From positions 1 through 33,788 of the forward strand of contig FLMG01003049.1 in assembly GCA_900088475.1 (NCBI GenBank): 33,788 nt of DNA, written 5' to 3'. Source of the DNA: Hyphochytrium catenoides. Lineage: Eukaryota; Protista; Hyphochytriomycota. The notes beneath the pieces were generated by a model. That model made no database searches, was not told the origin of the DNA, and saw nothing but the letters and a program-made list of their open reading frames with translations. Numbering within the stretch: position 1 is the stretch's first letter; each line of letters begins with the position of its first letter. This document shows, in pieces, positions 1 through 10,813 of this stretch. Both the position numbers and the translations under genes were made by a program.

Positions 1-429
1 GTCTTCGGTGCTCTTAAGGGAGCTTCTGACGCTGGTCTTGACATTCCTCACAACGAGAAGAGGTTCCCTGGCTATGACAGAGAGGGCAAGAGCTACAGCG
101 CGGAGACTCACAAGGAGCGCATCCTTGGTAACCACGTAGGAAACTACATGGAGGAGATGGAGGAGAATGACAACGAGAAGTACCAGAAGCACTTCGCTGA
201 GTACCTCAAGCTTGGCATCACCGCTGAGAACATCGAGGAGATGTACACCAACGCTCACGAGGCTATCCGTGAGGATCCTACCCCTGCTGAGAAGAAGCCT
301 TTCAAGGCTGACAAGAAGTACAAGCGCCGCGGAAAGATCTCTCTGCAGCAGCGCAAGTCTCGTGTCAACCAGATCAAGAAGACTCACGGCATCATCGCGG
401 CTACTCAGGAGCCTGCCGATGAGCAGTAG
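1..429 (+). CDS. RPL5: 60S ribosomal protein L5 (uL18), C-terminal part, 5'-truncated by the window
   Basis: Frame 1 is open from base 1: VFGALKGASDAGLDIPHNEKRFPGYD...HKERILGNHVGNYMEEMEE...YQKHFAEY...EEMYTNAHEAIREDP...KISLQQRKSRV. This is a typical eukaryotic L5 C-terminus, with C/T-ending codon bias. Stop TAG at 427-429. Confidence 0.96.
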   Translation, partial: VFGALKGASDAGLDIPHNEKRFPGYDREGKSYSAETHKERILGNHVGNYMEEMEENDNEKYQKHFAEYLKLGITAENIEEMYTNAHEAIREDPTPAEKKPFKADKKYKRRGKISLQQRKSRVNQIKKTHGIIAATQEPADEQ

Positions 430-710
430 AGGTTTGCCAGCAGTGGCTCTGCTGTTTGCCTATCTATCCTTTAAAGACGGGAAGTGAGAAGGCATTGATC
501 TAATAAAGAACATGAGTGGGAAATATTGTTTTGACTTTAATAATTATGGTGAAGCCTGTAGAGGACGGTCACGTTTACAAAGGTGACACGGGATTAGGGA
601 TATAAAGTTAGCCTATGCCCTTCTTGAGAAGGAAGAAGGACCCTCCCTGCCAGGGGTCCAGAAGTGGTTGCGAGAGAGGAAAAACCGAAGAACCTTTCCA
701 TTACATGTCT

Positions 711-1666
711 CTAGGTTCCATCTGGGAGGGGTGTTAACTGCCCTTCTTGCTTGCCTTGCCCATATCTCTCCACGCTCCTACGCAGCTCTGTAATGACCTT
801 GTTGGGGTCCTTGGCCTTGTAAACCGAGCTGCCGGCAACGATCATGTTAGCACCAGCGCGAGCCGCTTCATCAATAGTACTGGGACCCAGTCCTCCATCA
901 ACTTCGATGTCCTTAGTTGGATACTTGGCCCTCAAGGTCTTAACCTTGGGCATCATGTCCGCCATAAATTTCTGTCCTCCAAACCCTGGTTCCACTGTCA
1001 TCACTAGGAGCATGTCCACCATCTCTGCACATGGGTAGAGCGCTTCCACCGGTGTGCCGGGCTTGATAGCCATACCAACCTTCATGCCTATCGAGAGGAA
1101 AGAGGGATCCTCGTGAGGAGAGAGCTATTCAAATAGAAGAGCAATGACGACAATCACGCTGAAGGAACAACAAGCGCTTGTGCTCGGCGTGAGGGCCCGT
1201 GGGTAACCAGACATAGCTAGAATCCGGAGTGTAAGATCAGGGGAATGCAACTCAAGGCAGTTACCCGACAAACATTCATAGCGCAAAAAGGTAGAGAGGC
1301 TTTCCCCGCCGTTCCGTAGCTGCGCACACTACCTGCTTCTCGGATCATCTTGATCAATCCCTCAGGGTCCTCCGTGGATTCCAAGTGGAAGGTAAACTGG
1401 TCGGCGCCTGCTTCCTTCATTGGCCCCACCCACTGCTCAGGCTTGCTGACCATCATATGGACGTCAAAGAAGGCTGAGGAGTGCTTCCTTAAGCTCTGAA
1501 TGACTGGCGGACCCCAGGATATGTTTGGAACAAAGTGTCCGTCCATCACGTCCACGTGAAGATAATCTGCACCGGCATCCATAACTTTCTGGGCTTCAGA
1601 TGCAAGGTTGGCCAAATCACAAGCCAGAAGAGATGGACCAATCTTACAAGGACAGCAGTGGACCAT
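711..1666 (-). CDS. RPE: Ribulose-phosphate 3-epimerase (cytosolic type), 2 exons: 1666-1333, 1087-711
   Basis: Motifs [66 protein letters not shown]. The GT-AG intron 1332-1088 joins EAG-MKVG in frame. The ORF-track upstream extension (1978-1667) is not homologous. Confidence 0.95.
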
Positions 1667-2156
1667 CGTGACAAAGATCGATAGTGACCTTAGCGATGCA
1701 GAGCCACAAGGATGGAGGTAAGGAGAGCTCAGGAACGCTCTACTTCTACTTAATGGCGACTGACCTCGAAGGGCCTGAGTGGACACACCACGTTTAGAAA
1801 GAAGTATAGAGGAAAGGGAACTGAAGAAGATGGGCAGAGTTCCGTCTCTTTGTTGACAGACCGTGGATTTGTAGGGGTACGAAAAGGAGAAAGACGATAA
1901 GATCACGGGGGGGCCTAAGCAGTGACTCCGTCTGGCGCTCTTCACAGCGAGAGAGAGTCTGAAGGAGAGCAGTGGCATGCCGAAGCGATCTTAAGCTATT
2001 CCCTAGCAGGCTGAGTGGACCAGTGAGTGACCTTGCTTCTCATCCCTTCTGAGTGACAGACAGGCTGGTGATCATGAAGACGTAGACAGGCAGTCAAAAC
2101 AGTGCCAGGGTAGCCGCTAACCGCAAGTGAGAACCCTACCTTTCACCGTTCTGATT

Positions 2157-2158
2157 CA

Positions 2159-2192
<34 letters not shown>

Positions 2193-2470
2193 TCTCTGTC
2201 TCTCTCTGTCTCCCTCTGTCTCTGTCTCTGTCTCTCTCTGTCTCTGTCTCTCTCTGTCTCTCTCCTTCTCTCTGTCGCTCTTTGTCTCTGCCTCTCTCTC
2301 TCTCCCTCTCTCCCCTTTGCTCTCTCCTTACCTACTTTCTCTTACTCTGTCTCTCTATCTCTCTGTGCCTCTCTCATCATTTCTCGCTCTCGCTTGCTGT
2401 CTCTATCTCTTTCTCTCTTCTGCCGCTGTCTCTGTCGCTCTTGCTCTCGCTCGTTGCCTGCTTTCTCACT
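2157..2470 (+). repeat. (CT)n/(CTGT)n degenerate microsatellite, polypyrimidine tract
   Basis: Directly visible CT and CTGT iterations upstream of NSUN2 exon 1. They generate the spurious Leu/Ser ORFs. Confidence 0.95.
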
Positions 2471-2714
2471 TTCTGACTCGCTTTTCAAAGTCTCTCGCAT
2501 GCCTGTGCAAAGCATTCGTATCCTTCCTTATGGTGCCGCTTCGGGTTTGCCCTTTCAGTCCTCAACCTTGCTCCTGCACGCCAGCGGCACACTCCACACT
2601 CCCTGCGTGATGACTCTCGTCCCCAGCTGCTATCCCTGACGGGACTACGGAGGAATAGGGAGGGAAGCGGGGTGAAAGAGACGAGAAGCGACACTTCTCA
2701 GGGAGGAACGAGAC

Positions 2715-3015
2715 ATGCAGGGGCCTAGCAGCAAGCTGGCACTGGAGCTCTTGCAAGGAGAGACCAAGAGAATCGCGCAAAAGTTTGACTTCATCTCTTA
2801 CTATCAGGTGCAGTCAAAACTGCTCTCCCTTCTCTTCTCTCTCTTCCGCTCACCCCTCTCTCTCTGTCTCTCTCTCCTGCCTTTTTTCCCCTATCCAGGT
2901 CCAATCTCTATCGTTCTATCCTGTCCACTGCCTGTCGTCTGTCGGCCCATTTCTCCCTCTTTCCCTTTCTCTCCCTCCTTTCCCCTCCATCGTTCTCTCC
3001 CTCCTCTTCTCTCCA

Positions 3016-3049
<34 letters not shown>

Positions 3050-6000
3050 NNNNNNNNNNNNNNNNNCTCTCGTGCTGTCTGCTATCGTCTTCCTCTTTTC
3101 CCTTCTGTCCTTCCTTTCTTCCTTCCTTGCTTGATATCCTTCGCGTATCTCTCTGATTCTTCTGTCTTTCTGTCCTGCATAACAGAGGCAGAACATCGTC
3201 CCTGGAGAAGAATGGCCGGCTTTCTGGCGCTCACTTATGTCTCCCCTTCCCTTGACCTTCCGAGTCCATGCGACAGGACTCTATCCGGAGCGGTATGTGG
3301 GAGAGAGAGAGCTCTCCTTCTTCGCGTCCTATTGCTTCCAGTTCTTGTGTTTCTCCCTTCCTTCAGCCTATGCAATAAGCTCATGGACTCTAAGTACAGC
3401 TCCTCTTTCTCTATGTCGCACGCGCAACAGCCTGAAGTCTCGCCTCCAGAGGGAGTTTGCAGATCTCGGCGTCCGCCATGGAGGGGAACAGGACCTAAAA
3501 CTTGATCTAACGCCAAGGTAACGGACCTGTCACTTAGTCCTTCGCGTCGAGCTCAGCGGTAAACCGAACGTGTTACCGAGCACACACGAGGCCTTCAAGG
3601 GCTTTCATGAGGAGTGAAATGATAGAGTGAGAACCTGAGAGTGAGAGTGGGAGAGATATGATAAAATAAGAACCTGAGAGTGAGAGCAGGAGCGAAGGAA
3701 AGCGAACCAGCCGCCAAAGATACATAGAGTTCCGAGCGGAGCTTGAGAAGACGGATAGGGACTGGCTTTTGTGCGGATCCACTGACTGCGACGCTGTTAC
3801 CTTTTCTTTTATGCTGCTGGCGGAACGGAAGGAGTTTGGAATGGTACCCACATCAAGGCGCCTGGGAAGTAGGATGCAGTCTTGTGGAACTGAAGCGGCT
3901 CGGTAGCTTCTTATCCATCGTCTATTTTCTCTAGCCTGACGATTATTTCCCCTCGGAGGCTCGTTCCGCGTTCCCTTCGACATCTCTGGTGGCCCTGTCC
4001 TTTCTAATTGTCTTGTGCTCTTTCAAGTCTCCATTTTTGAAGCTTGTATTGCTGCCTTGACGTCATGTTTGCCCTTGTTATAATCAACGAATACTTGCTC
4101 CTTTGCTGATACGCTTGTCTTCTTTGTTCAACCATTTAGCGCAACAACACGCGAGAGCGAGGGAACTGCATAGGTTCTTGGTTCAGGAGACAGATAACGG
4201 GCAGATCTCTCGTCAAGAACAGGTCTCAATGATCCCCCCTCTTTTCCTGGACCTTGTACCAGGGTCCACTGCCCTGGACCTCTGTGCAGCGCCTGGTTCC
4301 AAGTCTACCCAGATGGTAGAGTTGATAGAAACAGGAGCCTGTACGAAAAGAACGGCAAAGAGGGACGGCCTCGTGGTGTGCAATGATGCTGATGCCGCCA
4401 GGACTGGGCTGCTATCCTTTCATATGCAGGTGAGGATTCACTGCTGAGAAAGAGAAGACGTAAGATTGACACAGGGCGAAAGAATGGTGGGAATAGTGGG
4501 TTGGGAAGGTGTCTCTTGTCCAAGAAATGTGGCTGAGAAATAATAACAAGTGCTACTTTCCCTCGCTCGTACAGCGCATTGGAACATCCATCGCACTGGT
4601 GACGAATTATCCAGGAGAGGCCTTCCCTGGTCTCTCTTTCAAAGATAAGGGTGAGGAGCAACTTCTTCTCGCTCTGATATATAAAACAGCTGGCAGAGCT
4701 TCCGCTATCTGGTGTCTTGTGCTTTGCTGGGAACTTACAGCTCTCTTTCTTCCCTATCTGTCACTAACTCTGTATCTCTGCAAGCACCGTTGCCACTTAC
4801 CGTGTTCTGCTGGTATGCTCCCTTTCATGTGCGCTCCAGCGTCTGCCCTTTCTTCTTTCCGAAGGTCTGAGACATTTGAACGCGTCCTCTGCGATGTTCC
4901 CTGCTCTGGTGATGGGACCGCCCGGAAGCATGAGGTTTTTCAGAAATGGAGCCTCAAGGCTGGACTGGCTCTGCATGACACTCAGCTCAACATAGCAAGA
5001 CGCGCTGCGGAACTGCTTAAGGTGAGTAAACTAGAAAGCAATAACAGCGTTAGGAAGGGAAACGCTGCTATGGCGAAATATCTTACGAAGGCAAAAGCTG
5101 CTGATACTGGACAACGGGTCTCTGACTTGTTAACTTTGCCTCTTATGACAAAGATTGGAGGGCGGATGGTCTACTCGACGTGTACCTTCAATCCTATTGA
5201 GAACGAGGCGGTGAGATCTTGCTTCTACCTCTTACTCGGTCTATGTTCTTCATCTATTTATTACTGCTGCTTTTTCTATATCTAACGGCATTATGTCCTG
5301 TTGGAGATACGAAGGGCCAAGTCCCTCATCCTTTCGTGACTTGCTAAGAGGCCATTCCTCCCCCTAACACCGTTGCAGGTTATTGCTGAACTTGTGCGAC
5401 GAAGTGACGGTGCCATGCGGCTAGTGGATGTGAACCGTATGCTTCCAGAGCTGAAACGCCGACCAGGTAAGCCCCAGACGCCAAACGTAAGCTTCGCGCT
5501 AGACAAAAGATGACTCCATGCTAGATGGTCTTTCGAGAGTGAGATGAGGTCGGTCGAAGGAGGTTCAAAATCGGAGAAAGAAAGTTCGGACATTGCGGAC
5601 TGAGCAAGAAATCACTGTTTAGGCCTAAAATGGTGGGAGGTTGGCTGGGTAGAAGCTACGAGGAAGACCGGGCATGAACGGACCCTTCGTCTGGCGGAGC
5701 GGATTCGAAAAGGTGAAGAGCCAGAACTTCGAGATCTGCCTGTCTGGCTGGCATGCAAAGATGATGCCCCCCTTTCTTCTCAGGGGAAAATAGTGAGGTG
5801 AGAAACAAACGAGTAATCTAGACAGGCAGGTGAGACCCTGCAAGCGTAACTTCCGACAGCTTGACTTCCTTGGTTGACTTTCTTTGACAAGCTAAGGGTC
5901 AACCACGTCAAAACAACTAAAGTTATTGAAGATAGCTTTCTAACGTTCGCTGGTAGCTCTCTCTTTCCACCCCCTGAGCGTTCTTCAGGACTTAATCTGG

Positions 6001-7544
6001 ATAGATGCCTTCGCCTGCTGCCTCATGACCTCAATGGTGGAGGTTTCTTCGTTGCTGTCCTGGAGAAAGTGGGGAGCTTCAGACCAGGGGCTCGCAGTGT
6101 ACCTCACGCAATAAGGCCACAGCCTTTGCCGCCAAAGGACGGGAGAAGCAAGACTGACGGGATCTCAGAGCAGACTGGAGGGAAGGGGGTGGGGAGGGTC
6201 AAATCTTCGTCAAGACCTTTCGTCCCTATCAGCGAAGATGTCTGGGTCAAAATAAGTTCCACATATGGACTCTCTGCAACTTCTAAGATGAAGGTAAGGT
6301 CCATCGTCTCATATAAAGTTAGTCCTACCGCTATTTAGCAAGTCGAGAGGCATATTGTAAGTGGAGAGAAAGAAGACAATCCTCACATTTATGAATGCAG
6401 GGTCGTCTCTTCACGAGGTCTAAGAGTAGCATCTACTTTGTTCCTAAACATGTTGAAGAGAGGGTCATCGGTTTTGAGGAGCTCCAGGTAAGGTTAACAG
6501 TCCCACTGGAGCTTTCTGCTGCTCCGTTTCTCAAGGGAGCTAATGAAGGAGCTTTGAATGCTGTTGTGAAGAGACAACAGGAGTGTGTAGTTTCTAAGCC
6601 CAGCAGAGAGAATGTAAGGGAGATATGAATGATGACGAAGAGCATGAAGGGAAAGGATAGAACTTATTATGGCTTACTGATAGCAAAACTTCTACTTCCT
6701 GTCAGAACATTGAGCACATCGGAGTCAAGATGTTTGAGCATGTCAACAGCGGCTTCGTAGCAGAGTTTGCTTACCGTCCTACCCTGGTAGGAGAAACCCC
6801 ATTTTACTTTAGAAGAGATAAACATACCAAACGGAACCCTACGAAAATCGTTGTTGGTGCAAGAGAGACACTGCCGGAGAGATCGAGCAAGAAAGTGTCC
6901 TATCAGACTCTGAGTAACCGTTTGACTCTCAAATAGGAATCCCTGCCCCTTCTGGTGGGAATAGCAACAAAACGAGTGGTACACCTTCCGCTAGCTCTCC
7001 TACGGGACCTTTTGGAACTTTTTCAACAGGGGAAGCTGCTAGGCCATGACCGTCTCCCTCCCCCCCTTCTGGAAACCCTAGTGGATCTAACGGATGGACC
7101 CGTTATAATATCCCCCAGCCCAGAGGATGCGGACTGGCGAACGCTGCATAAACAGCTTCCAAGGTGAGAAAGGAAGGATCCTCACTCAGCATAGGCTGAT
7201 CTGAATAGGAGGAATAGGCCAAAGGGAAGAGCTGAGAATGAAAGGTCAGCACCACTCTTCTGGGCAGAAAGCAAAGGGAAGCACTTCAAAAAGGGATACA
7301 TAAAGCCCCAGTAGATAGAAAATACTCATAGGAGCATGAGCAGCGGGGTGTCTGAGGCTGTGGAAAGGTATTGACAAGCTCAATTCTTTACAACTTCTCT
7401 TTGCCTGTTGCACACAGACTGCAAAGAGGCGACGTGTCCTTTACCGCTTATAAGGGAACTTCCATCCTTTTGGCACTAATGAAGTCAGAAGCTATCAGCA
7501 GATACAAGGCGAGGCTGGAAGCCCTAACAGAGCTTAAGGCCTAG
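2715..7544 (+). CDS. NSUN2: tRNA (cytosine-5)-methyltransferase NSUN2/Trm4 family. About 15 exons: 2715-2807, 3186-3292, 3431-3517, 3832-3902, 4140-4428, 4574-4650, 4840-5021, 5154-5210, 5379-5466, 5623-5797, 5957-6293, 6401-6487, 6706-6787, 6937-7163, 7418-7544
   Basis: Ordered family motifs: ISYYQ, IVPGEEW, PLPLTFRV, LEWYP, FLVQETDNGQISRQEQVSMIPPLFL, DLCAAPGSKSTQ (SAM motif I), VVCNDAD, RVLCDVPCSGDGT (motif IV PC), GGRMVYSTCTFNPIENEAV (motif VI TC), RCLRLLPHDLNGGGFFVAVLEK. GT-AG junctions keep the frame. The start codon and some terminal exon limits are less certain. Confidence 0.9.
2820..3130 (+). repeat. CT-rich low-complexity tract with a (CT)n run and assembly gap (N 3050-3066) in NSUN2 intron 1
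   Basis: Visible pyrimidine-rich tract. A pure (CT)n run leads into the 17-N gap. Confidence 0.9.
3619..3696 (+). repeat. Imperfect 39-bp tandem duplication in an NSUN2 intron
   Basis: atgatagagtgagaacctgagagtgagagtgggagagat followed by atgataaaataagaacctgagagtgagagcaggagcgaa. Confidence 0.8.
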
Positions 7545-7723
7545 AGGCTGTTGGGATCTATGCAATGGTTCAATATTCCAGTTCTGACGTTCTTTAGTTG
7601 GCTGCGGCGCTCCAGTGGGCACTGAAGGACGATTCTGAAGTGCTGAAGAGCCGCCCGTCCAGCCCTCTCGTTCTACCTCTCATACCACCATTTCACCAAC
7701 ATACGTTCTGGAGCGCCCCACCC

Positions 7724-10114
7724 TCATTGCTTGACAAGATCATCTTTAGCAATTCTACCTTTACGCGGGGGAAAGAGAGAAGGCGTGGATCCCACAACGT
7801 GAAGCTGGATGGTGTTCGTGGCTCTCACCGTCCCCAGAGGCCGACCAGCCACCACCAATATCCTATCTCCTGGGTGGGCGAGCGCATTCGATATCAACAC
7901 TTTATCTAAGAAGTCCGTCAGGTCCCGGAGGGAGCCATTGCCCGGTATGCTGGCATGAACAGGGGTTACGGCGTTAAACAACGCCATCTGCTGCACGCTC
8001 CTCTCCTCCTCAGAGAAGGCAATGATCGGCACGTCGAAGGCATTCTGGCTGAGGTATCTTGCAGTGTTCCCATGCTGGGACCAGCATACTACATACTTTA
8101 CCTGAGCATCTCTGGCAGTGTGCCATGCCCCATGAGCCATTGCAGCCGTCATCAAGTGTCCAGCTGAGAAACGCGTCGGCGGTGCGGTCGTCTTGATCAT
8201 GGACATCAGCCGCTTCTCGGCGGCGGCGACAATCTTTGTCATCGTCTCTACAACAAGAGTCGGATGTCGCCCGGTAGCTGTCTCTGCAGAGAGCATGACC
8301 GCGTCTGCGCCATCGAAAATAGCGTTGGCTACGTCACTTGCCTCTGCTCGTGTGGGTGTGTTGTTCTGGATCATGGTCTCTAACATTTGAGTAGCAATAA
8401 TGCATGGTTTTCCGAAGAGAGAACAGCGCTCCACAATTTGCTTCTGCGTGATGGGGACAGACTCAATATCCATCTCCACACCCAGATCGCCTCTTGCGAC
8501 CATAACCGCATCGCTTGCCTCAACTATGGAGTCAAGATGGGCTAAAGCCTGAGGTTTCTCTATCTTAGAGATAATGCCAATCATGGGATTGTCACTTTGT
8601 ATGATCTGCACCTAAAGGGAGAGCAAGCGTACAATTAGGGGCCTGCCAAATAGTGAGAATAGCGTTTGAAAAGGGGTGCAAGTCACGAAATCAAAGATCA
8701 TAAAATGAGTAACAGAGAAGAAGTGCATCTAAACGATGCAGGCAGCACATAAGGCCTAACGTTGCACGGCCAGCGTTGCGTCGCTTGCAAATGAGGATTG
8801 GTAAAGGTTTCTCCTCACCTGACCGTGCTTCTTAGCCTCTAAGTACTTCAGCCTTGAACGCAAATTGTAGACCTCGTCTGCCTTTCGTACAAAGGAAAGA
8901 GCGAGATAGTCTAGTCCATGTTCGACGGCCCAAGCCACGCATTCCCAGTCTCTTTCTGTGATGGCAGGTGCCGAAATGTTGCTTTCAGGTAGGTTGATAC
9001 CTTTGCCACTGGTTACCTTTCCCCCTTCCAAGACTCTGCATCGTAGCTCTCCAGCGATAGCATCCGTGGAGACAGCGACCATGCGGATGGCGCCATCATT
9101 GATCAAGACCTATCAGTGGAGTGAGTCGTTCTCGCAGAGGAGGAGGGAAAATGTAAAGGGAACGTAATAGACTAGTAGGTTTTGGGATGGCTTGGCTCGC
9201 CTGCATCGAAGGAAAGTGCGATATGTTGTCACTGGGGGTATTAGAGGCAGGAAGCCTTAGTCAAGCCTTAGTCGTGCCACTGACGAGGAAAAGCGGAAGC
9301 AGTTCCCTCACAAAGAGGTAATACCAGAAAAGATTTTCAAGGTGAGGATGACCAGTCACATGTGACTTTATATGCGCACCTTGTGCCCTACGCTGACTTC
9401 ATGGACAAGGTCTGGATAGGTAAGAGATAAAACGGCTTCATCCTGCCCCTTGCTATTCTTCCTAAGAAGTGCTTCGCCAGCAGTGCTCGAGAGAACTACC
9501 TCATCACCGGTCTGCAGGGCTAGAGTACCGCCTCCGGAAGGAGATTTCTCGCCAATGCCAGCCGGGACGGTGCCAACTCTAATCTTGGGCCCTTGCAGGT
9601 CTCCAGCAACTGCGACAGCGATGCCAAGATCCTTTGAAACGCGGCGCACAGTCTACAAGGATGGAAAATATTGTAGGAGAAACAAGGCTTAATATCTATG
9701 GAGCATAATTGAGGAGTGGCTCGGGTAGAAATGTTGAGTGACGGCTGAGAGTTACTAAAGGCAGAGAAGATTATGAGTGATGTTTCTTCTCAGCGTTACC
9801 TCCAATCTCTTCAGATGACCGTCAAAGTTCCCGTGTGAGAAGTTCAATCTGAACACTCGTGTCCCCTTCAGAATTAGACTACGTATCGCATCATCGGACT
9901 CACTGGCCGGGCCAAGGGTGGCTATAATCTTGGTGTAGGTGACGGGGTTAATTATACCCTTAGGCAGACCGGAAGTCGCTGAACCTGCGGTGATTCCAGC
10001 TGAAGACAGATATCGCAAGGGCGACAAGCGTTTGGCAGCGTTCAAACGCTTACCGACGTCATGTGCACGGACGAAAGAAGAGGCTCGAAGCAGTGAAGAG
10101 TATGGACGCACCAT
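7724..10114 (-). CDS. PK: Pyruvate kinase, bacterial-like K+-independent type with N-terminal targeting extension. 4 exons: 10114-9800, 9652-9380, 9109-8819, 8611-7724
   Basis: TKIIATLGPAS, FRLNFSHG, GDLQGPKIRVG, INDGAI, KGINLP, ALSFVR, SKIEKPQA, VMVARGDLGVE, ATQMLETMI..PTRAEASDVANAIFDGADAVMLSAETA. All three introns are GT-AG, phase 0. Confidence 0.95.
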
Positions 10115-10813
10115 TTGGATGATGGTGGTCTCCAACGCGACCACGCTGTTCTTCTAGTCTACACCAGCAAAACTGCTGGGACTTAAAGAAGACGAGCCTG
10201 CACTAGACACAGGGCAAAGCCAGTCTCCAGCTTCCAGTTGACAGAGATCACACCGGAGCCACACCGGACCTAAGAGACCATCACGCAGTGAAGACTTTGG
10301 TCTCAAGAAAGGGTTACGACGCCGTGAAGTCCATGATTGTCTGTGGAGGAGTGAGAGAGAAAGATCAAGATTTGTCGCTTCATCCTAGCCTACATCCAGC
10401 CATCCCCCAGGAGCCTGGGTAGTGAGGACATTTTGTTGAATGTTGGAGTTGGCCAACTTTGAGATCTCCCCCCGGACTAGATAACCACCCCCCAGGAGCG
10501 GCGAAGGGGAATGATGTCACGATCAGAAGCATGATGGATGTCGGTTCCCTCGAGCTCCTTGAGCGGTCTCAAGGGAAGAAGGCCACGGATACGGATAGTC
10601 CTCGAGAGGCCTGGACGCCCTCCCGGCTGGCAACTCTTCTTTGTGGAGGCGCGGTCACAATGATTTCTGGAGAGGGCGGAAGTTGAATGTTGCTGTGCGG
10701 ATGGACCCAAGCCCCGCTTTGTTATTGAGGTCATTGCAAAAGATCTTACACTAGTTGCGTCTTAACCTGGCCGCTCTTATACTTGTGAGGGACATCCTTT
10801 GTCAAGTCTTTCG

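Noticed and set aside
1667-1978. 104-aa in-frame N-terminal extension of RPE as a plastid or mitochondrial targeting peptide
   Set aside because: There is no convincing signal peptide plus ASAF-type motif. Homology starts at MVHCC, the enzyme is cytosolic-type, and the region carries promoter-like motifs. It cannot be fully excluded without TSS data.
2518-2527. GTATCCTTCC resembling a U12 5' splice site
   Set aside because: Imperfect match, not at a predicted exon boundary, and no U12 branch site follows.
2127-3196. Several Leu/Ser-rich or Arg/Glu-rich ORFs
   Set aside because: They are translations of CT/GA microsatellite. Only 2715-2807 and 3186 onward fit the NSUN2 model.
6629-6680. Intronic C/D-box snoRNA (ATGATGA...CTGA) in NSUN2
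   Set aside because: Only ~52 nt with no terminal stem, and the CTGA coincides with the likely branch site.
10459-10734. Short ORFs in the PK/FPG divergent spacer
   Set aside because: No recognisable motifs or consistent splice structure. Probably promoter or UTR.
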